Part shown: piece after piece, positions 47,936 through 56,973 of the stretch | How positions within the stretch are numbered: the stretch's first letter is position 1 | Layout: each line of letters starts with the position of its first letter | The notes under the pieces: model-generated | What the model was told of the DNA's origin: nothing | Database searches by the model: none | What the model saw: only the letters and a program-made list of their open reading frames with translations | Virus record (IMG/VR): IMGVR_UViG_3300028567_000401 | Location: 1-64,000 of that record | Length of the DNA: 64,000 nucleotides | Source: a virus | Taxonomy: Duplodnaviria; Caudoviricetes | Strand: one strand, 5' to 3' | Position numbers and translations under genes: made by a program

Positions 47936-50791
47936 TTAAATATTCTCAAATGATGCGCCAGTTGGTGTAATTATAAATTCGATATCAATAAATTCTAATG
48001 ATCTTGTTGGTTTAATATAAATTTTACCTCTAAGAGTATTTTGATCTATATCTTCTGGATCATTTGATACAACAAGACGGAAGTCATAAAGTCCTCTTTC
48101 TTTTTTAATATTTTCAAGTATTGGATTAACAAGTCTTGTAAATTCTGCTCGTACTTGTTCATCATTCTGTTCAAAAAGCAATCTCACAGCCACTGCGGCA
48201 ATAAGTTTTCTTGCTCTTAATAATAATCTTCTTACATTGATTCTATCAAGGGCACTTTCTTTTAGTTGGAGTGTTTTATTACCCCAAATAATTGGACCAG
48301 TATCAGCAAACGTCGCAATTGGATTAATCCTTTCTCTATATAAATCATCTCTTTCATCAAGTGTAAGTTTCTTATATGCCTTAATTGCATTAACAATACC
48401 TCTAGAATATCCAGCTACAGCAAACCAGGGATATGAAACATTATCTGTTAAAGCAATATTTCTTAAAACTTCTCCAGTTGGCGGAATATAAAGTTGTGTT
48501 GAATTTTCATTATCTCTAATTTGTATCCAGGGCCAATATGTGGCTGAATAGTTTGAATCAAGATTTACGGTATCGAGAAGTCCAATAATATCATCTACTG
48601 TAGTTGCATAACCCGGTGCTGATATTATATACAGTGAATCTGCTCGATCTTTTTCAACCATATCAATAGATTCTTCGGTTAATGATGAATGATCATAAAA
48701 ATTTATTCCGGGTGTTGCAAAAATATTAATGTCAACAGCTTCAGCATTAGCGAATGTTTGTATACCTGTTAAATATGCGTAATAATCTGAATTACCAACT
48801 GTGTCATTAAAACATCCGCCATTACTAAAATTATTATCATCATATGTAATTTTACCAAATTTATATTCATCACCAAATGTTCTAACATTTCGGTAAATAT
48901 CCCATCCATCAAACCCACCCGCTAGAGCAAGTGTGAATTTACGATAGATTTTATCTTTTAATTTATTGTTATCACCGCCAGTTTGTCCTTCTAAATCATA
49001 TGGTGTACAATCAAATTCAAATCCAGTAATTGTTGAGCCAGTTATAGTAGATGCTTGAGATGATAGATGAAATCCTGGTGTTGTTGTTAAAGATGCTAGT
49101 TGTTCAGGATCTCCTTTATATTTGAATAAACTTAAATCATATCCTGTTTGATTTGATAATCCTAACATAACTTTTCTAAGTTTATCTCCAGAAAAATCAA
49201 CAGGTGTTCCATCCCAATTATATCTAACTATATCTCCAGCATTATAATATTTTGTCTTATATTTAATTCCGCCTAATACTGCTCCACCATTAAGTGAACC
49301 AGCTGTAAATCCTCTAAATCCTGCAGGAATTGCATCAACAGGATGATCATTAGACATTTCAAGCATAATATATTTTGATCTAAGTTTATATTGTCCATCT
49401 GTAGTACCAATTCTTAATGCAACGTAGCCAGGTAAATCTGGATTCATTGAACATCTTGAGAATCTTTCAAGTGCAACAATATTATCATCAGTATCATAAA
49501 AATCACGTACTAAGATATCAAATTCAGCTGTTTCAAGATCGATATTTACTATACTTATTTTAATTTGTGTGTTCGATGCATCACCATCAGAAATAGATAT
49601 AACTCTGAATAAGTCAGCAACAATTCCGCCACGTACTTCAGAGACCACATATGGAGATGCTGATGTTTTCCATTCAGTTAAAAAGTCTTTATTAACATTA
49701 TGTACAACTGGTGTAAGACTTAATCCTCTTATTAATCCACGATCTTTTAATGATCGAACCAAATTTGGATATGATTCAAAGACATAAAGTGGATATTGTT
49801 CTTCATTTTTATCAAATACCCCGGTTCCTAATACCTTAGAAATATATTTAGTTGAAGAATCATTTAAAGAACATATAAATGAATGTGTTTGCCCGCTTTC
49901 ACCATCTGTTGTAACAGTAATTGTAAATTCGCCAAAAGGATTTGTTAAAATTGTTTCACTATTTAATGTTACTCCAGTTTGGGTAGTTATTTGTAAATTT
50001 AATTTCGAATGAACGTATGAACCTCGTGATCTAAGAGCAGCAACTGCAATTTTATCATATGTTTTTTCTGCAACATCATATGTAAATCTAGTTACGTTAA
50101 ATTCTCCTGAAGATTCGGAATATACGAACAAATATGAATAAATTTCATTGTCATTTTCATTATAAAAATTATTATACCAAGCAAAGTTAGTAACATCTCC
50201 AATTGGACCGGTAATTTTTAAAGATGCAGTTAATTCTGATGTGGCAGATGATGGAACAAATCCTATGGTAAACCATTCACCATTAGCATATGATTTTTTG
50301 ATTATATAATTAGTAACTGAAAAACCATCTACTGCAGTTTTACCTGATAATTCAGAATAAAAACTACTTTGTGTCATACCAGTTAATGTGGGTATAAAAG
50401 AATTATTATCTTCTATTCTATCAGGAACTGATGTTGAATCAAAAACAGGTGCACCTAATGTTACAATACCATAAGTTTTATCAGGTCTATATCCTGTTAA
50501 ACCAAGTATTCTTGTCACAAATAATTGATTAGATTCTTGTAAGTATGATTTGGCAAAATAAGGAAGTTCATATGATGGATTTCCATTACCATCTTTTTTC
50601 GGTGATGTTGATCCAAAATATGTACGAAACTCATTAAAATTTGTTATCAGAACAGGTTCAAATGCAGGACCCTTTAATGTTTCACCTACCATACCTAATG
50701 TTGTTACGCCAACACTTTGCGCTACGAATGTTAAATCTTTCTCAGATGTGTATACACCCGGAGAAACAAAAACTCTATTTGATGTTGCCAT
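47936..50791 (-). CDS. Contractile tail sheath protein (T4 gp18-like)
   Basis: N-terminal VSPGVYTSEKD; C-terminal WFAVAGYSRG, RINPI, WGNKTLQ, RINVRRL and KPTRSLEFIDIEF sheath motifs. Confidence 0.92.
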   Translation of the reverse strand: MATSNRVFVSPGVYTSEKDLTFVAQSVGVTTLGMVGETLKGPAFEPVLITNFNEFRTYFGSTSPKKDGNGNPSYELPYFAKSYLQESNQLFVTRILGLTGYRPDKTYGIVTLGAPVFDSTSVPDRIEDNNSFIPTLTGMTQSSFYSELSGKTAVDGFSVTNYIIKKSYANGEWFTIGFVPSSATSELTASLKITGPIGDVTNFAWYNNFYNENDNEIYSYLFVYSESSGEFNVTRFTYDVAEKTYDKIAVAALRSRGSYVHSKLNLQITTQTGVTLNSETILTNPFGEFTITVTTDGESGQTHSFICSLNDSSTKYISKVLGTGVFDKNEEQYPLYVFESYPNLVRSLKDRGLIRGLSLTPVVHNVNKDFLTEWKTSASPYVVSEVRGGIVADLFRVISISDGDASNTQIKISIVNIDLETAEFDILVRDFYDTDDNIVALERFSRCSMNPDLPGYVALRIGTTDGQYKLRSKYIMLEMSNDHPVDAIPAGFRGFTAGSLNGGAVLGGIKYKTKYYNAGDIVRYNWDGTPVDFSGDKLRKVMLGLSNQTGYDLSLFKYKGDPEQLASLTTTPGFHLSSQASTITGSTITGFEFDCTPYDLEGQTGGDNNKLKDKIYRKFTLALAGGFDGWDIYRNVRTFGDEYKFGKITYDDNNFSNGGCFNDTVGNSDYYAYLTGIQTFANAEAVDINIFATPGINFYDHSSLTEESIDMVEKDRADSLYIISAPGYATTVDDIIGLLDTVNLDSNYSATYWPWIQIRDNENSTQLYIPPTGEVLRNIALTDNVSYPWFAVAGYSRGIVNAIKAYKKLTLDERDDLYRERINPIATFADTGPIIWGNKTLQLKESALDRINVRRLLLRARKLIAAVAVRLLFEQNDEQVRAEFTRLVNPILENIKKERGLYDFRLVVSNDPEDIDQNTLRGKIYIKPTRSLEFIDIEFIITPTGASFENI

Positions 50792-50877
50792 TGATTATTA
50801 TTTAGTTAATTTTATTTATTATTGTTATTATCAATAAATATCTTTATTTTCATCAAAGATTTCCATTATAAAAAATT

Positions 50878-50916
50878 AAAAGATAATAATTTATCTTTTT
50901 TTATCTATATTTATCT
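50878..50916. promoter_or_regulatory. Candidate operator array in the divergent sheath / small regulator intergenic region
   Basis: AGATAA at 50881, then TTATCT at 50891, 50901 and 50911 (exact 10-bp phasing). The first two form a perfect 9-bp inverted repeat at 50878-50899. Confidence 0.55.
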
Positions 50917-50922
50917 TATGAA

Positions 50923-51108
50923 ATGACGAGGGATTGTAAAAATATTAAAATCAGTCAAAAACATCATGAAATTTTAAAAACCTATTGCGATAAAACCGGA
51001 ATGAGAATGTATCGCGTAATAGAAAAATGGATTGATGAGATTAATAAAGGGAAAAAAGATGATAATATTAAATCAAAGAAAAAAGATATCTATGGTGAAG
51101 ATACGTAA
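50923..51108 (+). CDS. Small ribbon-helix-helix-like DNA-binding protein
   Basis: KNIKISQKHHEILKTYCDKTGMRMYRVIEKWIDE fits an alternating beta-strand plus two helices RHH pattern; divergent from the sheath gene. Confidence 0.55.
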   Translation: MTRDCKNIKISQKHHEILKTYCDKTGMRMYRVIEKWIDEINKGKKDDNIKSKKKDIYGEDT

Positions 51109-51109
51109 A

Positions 51110-52360
51110 TTAAATTAAATAAACAATACCAATATTAGAACCCACTACTGGTTCATATTTATATGTCACATCTTTACCACTCCAAGTAAATCCATTATTT
51201 TCTTCTTCCACAAGCCCATTTGTTTCAACATATATAATATCTACAATATCATGTTCTACTGTAAAAGTTAATGATGAGCCATCATAAACAAAATATTCAT
51301 TTTTAATATGAAGTATTCGTCCATAAGAATCCTGAAAAACGCCACCTTTTCCTGCAAAATATAAAACTGTTATATTACTCCCTGGTGCGGGTGGTGTTAC
51401 AAACGTAATTCTAGATGTACCATTTATCCAATAATATCCAATATCTTTTTGTTCTACAAGACCATTAATAGCAACGAAAAATAAATAACTAATACTTTCT
51501 CCAACATTAAATGTTGTTTGTACGCCATTACCAACAAATGTAGCTGTTGTAATATCAATTGATTTACCAGCTATTTTTTTGGCAACATTTTTTTGTCCCA
51601 TAAATTCGTGCATTAATATCATTCTAGCTATTGCTGGTTTTACTTCAAATTCTTCAGAATCAATTAAGAATCCTAATAATGTGAAATCATATGTTTGTAA
51701 ATAAAATCTACGATTTTCTAAATTATCAATAGGTGAATTATCACTAATATTATTTAAAATAATTGGAATATAGTGTCCTTTTACAACAGTATAAGATTGT
51801 CTAGAAGCAAATTTTTGTAAAACAATTTTATTAAACTTATTAAGATCTCTAAATTTTTGACAAACAAATATAACTTCATATCCGATATCAATGGGAACTG
51901 GTTGTGGTATTTTATATACATCAGCACCATTCATATGACCATCCCAAGTTTTAACAGCAGCATAATGAAAATTTCGCCTATCAGGAATAGTTTTTTGTAT
52001 CATAGGGTGGGTACCAGGTTGAACATCTGGTTTTCTTACAACACCAATAAAGGGAACTTTCATATTGCCATCTTCATCTGAAAATGTCCATGTATTAGAA
52101 ATTTCTGACCATCGTTGTATTGTTAATATCTTAGGAATTACTGGAATTTTATTACCATCTGATACTACATTTAAATAAGTATTAACAAATTCTAACATTC
52201 CTTTATCCAAATCATCATGTAAAATATCATCTGGTAAATACGTATCAGATTTTATTATTTTATCAAGTAATTCCTGTCGTCTTTCTAATCCTTCTTTAGA
52301 CGATGGTTCAGTACCAACTTGTCTATAAACATTTATATTATTTTTTTTAGGTAATGACAT
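51110..52360 (-). CDS. Tail completion / sheath terminator-like structural protein with C-terminal small beta-domain repeats
   Basis: Lies between neck and sheath genes; FVGNGVQTTF...INGLVEQ...TFVTPP repeats resemble small virion beta domains. Confidence 0.5.
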   Translation of the reverse strand: MSLPKKNNINVYRQVGTEPSSKEGLERRQELLDKIIKSDTYLPDDILHDDLDKGMLEFVNTYLNVVSDGNKIPVIPKILTIQRWSEISNTWTFSDEDGNMKVPFIGVVRKPDVQPGTHPMIQKTIPDRRNFHYAAVKTWDGHMNGADVYKIPQPVPIDIGYEVIFVCQKFRDLNKFNKIVLQKFASRQSYTVVKGHYIPIILNNISDNSPIDNLENRRFYLQTYDFTLLGFLIDSEEFEVKPAIARMILMHEFMGQKNVAKKIAGKSIDITTATFVGNGVQTTFNVGESISYLFFVAINGLVEQKDIGYYWINGTSRITFVTPPAPGSNITVLYFAGKGGVFQDSYGRILHIKNEYFVYDGSSLTFTVEHDIVDIIYVETNGLVEEENNGFTWSGKDVTYKYEPVVGSNIGIVYLI

Positions 52361-52361
52361 A

Positions 52362-52877
52362 TTATATTCCTTTAAATTCGTTTTCTTGTACTGGTGAACA
52401 TATTATTGTTCTATATGATGGTTTGTATCCAAAATGATGATGTTTATTATCGGCATTAACTTTACCATCATTAATAACATTATAATATCTAATTCTTTTT
52501 TCACTATCAGCATATCCAATATAATCACCAAATTTTATATCTACTCCCAGATCTTCTAATGTTTTTGTGTAAACAGAAACAATCATATTTCCTGGTTCAA
52601 GGTATCTTAATAAGCCAGTTTTATATGATTTATTTTCAGCTAGAACAACATGTACAAGAGCATTAATTTCAATTGGCGGTTTAAATTTAATTTCATCTCT
52701 TCCAATTTCACCATATATATCATCAGTATCTGTTATAACCCTATCAACTTGATAAAGAACTATTTTCATATTCAGATCACCATGTAAATATTCCATACCC
52801 ATTTGTATATGTAAATTATAGTCATCTTCAGAAAAGAATTTTGATAATCTTGTTATAGGAAGTCGATTTTCCGCCAT
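52362..52877 (-). CDS. Head-tail connector / neck protein (gp14-like, putative)
   Basis: DDIYGE...KFKPPIEI and LGVDIKFGDYIG patterns; context next to tail genes. Confidence 0.5.
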   Translation of the reverse strand: MAENRLPITRLSKFFSEDDYNLHIQMGMEYLHGDLNMKIVLYQVDRVITDTDDIYGEIGRDEIKFKPPIEINALVHVVLAENKSYKTGLLRYLEPGNMIVSVYTKTLEDLGVDIKFGDYIGYADSEKRIRYYNVINDGKVNADNKHHHFGYKPSYRTIICSPVQENEFKGI

Positions 52878-52953
52878 TATAATATTTCATTATTATATAA
52901 TAAATACTTTATATTTCTTTTCTATTTATGTATATTATAAAATATTAATAAAC

Positions 52954-54699
52954 ATGGCAATACTCGAAATTGAAGCAAGAAACATTCTATCAGGATATAC
53001 CGGTGCCAATAATCAGTTGATAGAATGGAAAATGAAGCTTTTAACAACAAAAAATTTTAAATTAACTCGAACACAATCAGAATACGTTTTAAAATATTAT
53101 CAGACAATACCAAAAGTTGCTAGAAAATATATAAACATTGTTATTTCATTTGGTGAAAGACTTCAAGAAGAAAAATTATTACCAAAACCAGTTGAAAAAA
53201 TATGGTGTGAAAAACTTTTATGTGAAACTGATAAAGCATACCATATTTGGGGTAAATTTTTTGATTCCGAGAGGCTTCATGCATTTTGGTTACCTAAAGG
53301 GGCAATTTTAAGGCCAGAAAAGAAATTGGATTATATTATTGATTATTCCAAATATAATGTTCGGCCACCATTTCCACATCAAAAAGTTGCTATAGAAAAA
53401 CTTTTAGCAAATGACAGATTTATTTTAGCTGATGATATGGGATTAATGAAAACAGGTTCATCAATTATTGCATCGTTAGAAAGTGGTGCAAAGAAAATTC
53501 TTATTGTGTGCCCCGCATCACTTAAAAGAAATTGGAAAAGAGAAATAGAAATTTATACTAACAAAAGAGTATTAATAGTTGAAGGAAGAAAATGGGGTTC
53601 TACATTTGATTATTATATTATTAATTATGATATATTAAAAAATTATCATGTTATTGATAAAAAAAATGAAAGTTTAAATGATAATTTAATTAAAAATGAA
53701 AATTTTGACTTAGCAATAATTGATGAGTCTCATTATCTTAGTAATATTTCTGCAAATAGAACAAAACTCATGAATGATATTCTTAAAACCATACCCAAAG
53801 TTTGGTTATTAACTGGTACACCAATAACAAATCATCCAATTAATTATTATAATCTATTAAAAATTGTTGATTCACCTGTGGCTCTGAATTGGCAACATTA
53901 TGTAAAGAGATACTGTAGGGGATATAGAATGAAAATTGGTAATAGAACTATATGGAATACTAGTGGAGCATCTAATCTTGATGAGTTAAGAGAGAGGACA
54001 AAAGATATATTATTACGAAGATTAAAAACAGATATACTTGATTTACCAGAAAAAATCGTATCAACAATTCAATTAGAACTTCAAAGCACATATTACAATG
54101 AAGAACTAGATGAATTTATGAAAATTACCAAAGAACAGAAAGATCATGAAAGTATTACTATAACTATTAATAGACTTATGAAGGTGAGACAAGTAATCGC
54201 ATATGAAAAAATACCATATACTTGTGAATTAATAGATAAAGCATTAGAAATGGACAAAAAAGTTATTGTTTTCAGTAATTTTACAATGCCATTAGATACG
54301 TTATATGAAAAATATCCAAAAAAATCTGTAATTTTTGATGGTAGAATGAACTCAGAGAAAAAAAATCAAGCTGAAATTAAATTTCAGAACGATCCTAAAA
54401 TAAAAATAATGTTTGCAAATATTGTAGCCGGCGGATTAGGTTTAAATTTAACCGCTGCCGAAATTGTTATTATGAATGATTTATCTTTTGTACCATCACA
54501 CCATACCCAAGCTGAAGATCGTGCATATAGACATGGACAGATAAAAAATGTTATTGTTTATTATCCATTATTTGAAAATACAATTGAACAAATAGTTTAT
54601 AATATTCTTAATAGGAAGAAAAATAATATTGATCAAGTCATGGGTGATGGTGAATATTCTGAAACTTTTGCAAAAGAACTAATTAATCAATTGATTTAA
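52954..54699 (+). CDS. SNF2-family (SMARCAL1/HARP-like) helicase
   Basis: LADDMGLMKT, IVCPASL, IIDESH, LLTGTP, GGLGLNLTAA and QAEDRAYRHGQ motifs. Confidence 0.9.
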   Translation: MAILEIEARNILSGYTGANNQLIEWKMKLLTTKNFKLTRTQSEYVLKYYQTIPKVARKYINIVISFGERLQEEKLLPKPVEKIWCEKLLCETDKAYHIWGKFFDSERLHAFWLPKGAILRPEKKLDYIIDYSKYNVRPPFPHQKVAIEKLLANDRFILADDMGLMKTGSSIIASLESGAKKILIVCPASLKRNWKREIEIYTNKRVLIVEGRKWGSTFDYYIINYDILKNYHVIDKKNESLNDNLIKNENFDLAIIDESHYLSNISANRTKLMNDILKTIPKVWLLTGTPITNHPINYYNLLKIVDSPVALNWQHYVKRYCRGYRMKIGNRTIWNTSGASNLDELRERTKDILLRRLKTDILDLPEKIVSTIQLELQSTYYNEELDEFMKITKEQKDHESITITINRLMKVRQVIAYEKIPYTCELIDKALEMDKKVIVFSNFTMPLDTLYEKYPKKSVIFDGRMNSEKKNQAEIKFQNDPKIKIMFANIVAGGLGLNLTAAEIVIMNDLSFVPSHHTQAEDRAYRHGQIKNVIVYYPLFENTIEQIVYNILNRKKNNIDQVMGDGEYSETFAKELINQLI

Positions 54700-55687
54700 G
54701 TTCAGATAAAAATTCAGTTAAAATATTCAATAAATTCGGATCATCATATTCTATTAAAGTACATCTAACAATTTTTTCCCCATCATCATCTTCAAATCCA
54801 ATGTAATTTGTGGTGACACCTTCTTTAATTAGAAAATGGAATGGAATTCGTTTATTATAACAAATTTTATTAATCTCTATTAATGCGTTTGTTATTTCAA
54901 TATTCTCTATTTTCATTATTTTTATTTTAAATTTTTTATGAATTCTAAATTTATTATTAATTTGACGACATTCAGGATCATTTGAAATAGGTGAACATCG
55001 AAAAAAGTAAATATATTCGCCATCATCAATTGATATATATTTAACGTTATTTCTATAATGTTCGCTATAATACAAATTAAACCAAAAATAATCTCCATCT
55101 ATTTTTGGTTTGCTCAATTTATGTGATTTATGTTGAACGCCATAAATTTTATCTGATAATACAATAAAATCAATCCCCTTATCCATATCTAAAATATTGC
55201 CTCTATATAAATTGAATTGATATCTAGTTGATTTATTTTTTTGATTGGCATGTAAAGTAAATATTGTGGATAACATTGATATTACACCATAATTCCATGT
55301 AAACTGAGTTATATAAAACAATTCATTAAAAATGAATGAATTAGGATTAAGAATTTTGTCGCGAGAATTAATAAAATAATTTTCAAATAGTTTTTTAAAT
55401 TTATTTAGATTGGTTTTATATAAATCAAATGTCAATTTTTCTTGAAATTTATTATTAAAATAATTAATTAATAGGTTAATACATGAATAATTTGTATTTA
55501 TTGTGTTTAGCCAAGACCAAATCCATTGGTCTAAAATAAGTTGTAAAATGCCAATGTGACCATTTTTTTCATAATAATCAACGCGATATTTAGAGTTGTG
55601 ACCAAAATTATATGACAAAATAACATTTGTTATTATATCTTTTAATATCTTTTTATTTGTAATGATTTGAACTTCATTTATCGTCAT
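54683..55687 (-). CDS. Orphan protein with a putative PD-(D/E)XK nuclease motif
   Basis: 334-aa ATG ORF, very AT-rich; DMDKGIDFIV...GVQHKS resembles the D...QxK variant core. Confidence 0.5.
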   Translation of the reverse strand: MTINEVQIITNKKILKDIITNVILSYNFGHNSKYRVDYYEKNGHIGILQLILDQWIWSWLNTINTNYSCINLLINYFNNKFQEKLTFDLYKTNLNKFKKLFENYFINSRDKILNPNSFIFNELFYITQFTWNYGVISMLSTIFTLHANQKNKSTRYQFNLYRGNILDMDKGIDFIVLSDKIYGVQHKSHKLSKPKIDGDYFWFNLYYSEHYRNNVKYISIDDGEYIYFFRCSPISNDPECRQINNKFRIHKKFKIKIMKIENIEITNALIEINKICYNKRIPFHFLIKEGVTTNYIGFEDDDGEKIVRCTLIEYDDPNLLNILTEFLSELKSID

Positions 55688-55726
55688 AATAATAAAATAT
55701 ACGATATTTATTAATAAAAATCAAAT

Positions 55727-56851
55727 ATGTCTGTAACAGTAATAAGCGGAGAAGAACGAGAAAAACTATTTACACAAGTTTTACATCTATTAGGCTCTCC
55801 AGTTCGTGGAATTGAATTAACTGAAGAACAAATGGACTCACTTTTAGAACTTGCAATATCAGAGTATGAACAATATGTTAATGATTGGTTAATTGAATCG
55901 CAATGGACATCATTAGCAAATATTAATGTAGAAACACAATCTTTAGCAAGAGCATTTGTAACTAGGAATCTAGATTATATGACACAATATTCACACGCTT
56001 ATTCAAAAATAGTGGGATTACAAGCTGGAGGTACATCAGAATTAAAAAAGGATATGTTTTATTTAGTTCCGGGGCAACAAATGTATCAAATTCCTGCTGG
56101 TAGAGAAATAAATGAATTATTATGGTTTACTAGAGCAGAATTAACCGATTCAATTATAGATCCATTTCTTGGTGGATTTGGTGGGCTTGGTGGAGTTGGA
56201 TTTGGTGGCGTGGGTGGTTTTGCACAAGTTGGAGTATCAGGATCTTATTTTATGTTGCCGGCATATGATCTTTTATTAAGAATGCAAGATAGAAATCTAA
56301 AAAATAGATTAATTGGTGGTGAATTAACTTATAGAATCACACATGGTCCAAATGGAACCAAGTGGATACATTTATATAATACACCTGGCGGCAGATTTGA
56401 TTTCGGATCAATTAGAATGAACAATTATGCTGTATGGTACTGGTATTATGATACTGAAATTGTAGATTCTTGTTTAGATAAAAGCAAATATAGTGATATA
56501 GCTAAATTACCATCAGATATTGATACCGAAAAATTAACGTGGTCGACATTAAATGGACCTGCGCAGAATTGGGTAAGAAAATATTTTATATCATATTGTA
56601 AAGAAGCATTAGCAAGAATATGGGGTAAATTTTCGGGTGATTTACAAGTACCTGATAGTCAAATCAAATTAGATTATCAAACTTTATTAACAGAAGCGAA
56701 AGATGATAGAATAAAAATGGTTGAAGAATTAATAAATAGATTAGAAAGACTTCGACCGGATAAAATGCTTGAAAGAACCGCAAATGAAGCTAAATTTTTA
56801 AATGAAAGTATGAAATACAGACCAATGGTTTATCCAATTCAAGTTATTTAA
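55727..56851 (+). CDS. Neck / head-completion protein (T4 gp13-like, putative)
   Basis: LLGSPVRGIELTEEQ...AISEY and WVRKYFISYCKEALARIWGKF...LDYQTLLTEA resemble gp13-type adaptors. Confidence 0.6.
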   Translation: MSVTVISGEEREKLFTQVLHLLGSPVRGIELTEEQMDSLLELAISEYEQYVNDWLIESQWTSLANINVETQSLARAFVTRNLDYMTQYSHAYSKIVGLQAGGTSELKKDMFYLVPGQQMYQIPAGREINELLWFTRAELTDSIIDPFLGGFGGLGGVGFGGVGGFAQVGVSGSYFMLPAYDLLLRMQDRNLKNRLIGGELTYRITHGPNGTKWIHLYNTPGGRFDFGSIRMNNYAVWYWYYDTEIVDSCLDKSKYSDIAKLPSDIDTEKLTWSTLNGPAQNWVRKYFISYCKEALARIWGKFSGDLQVPDSQIKLDYQTLLTEAKDDRIKMVEELINRLERLRPDKMLERTANEAKFLNESMKYRPMVYPIQVI

Positions 56852-56973
56852 TAATGTCATATTAACATTAAAATTGAAAATTTGAGAAAATTATCACCAA
56901 AAGAATTTGATTCTATATTCTAAAAAACGCTTTCAAAATTTTTAATCACAAAAATTTTATTTATATTTTAGTA

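Noticed and set aside
56852-56925. Short intergenic frame CHINIKIENLRKLSPKEFDSIF resembling the RxLTPxE motif of C5 methyltransferases
   Set aside because: Too short and AT-rich to distinguish from chance.
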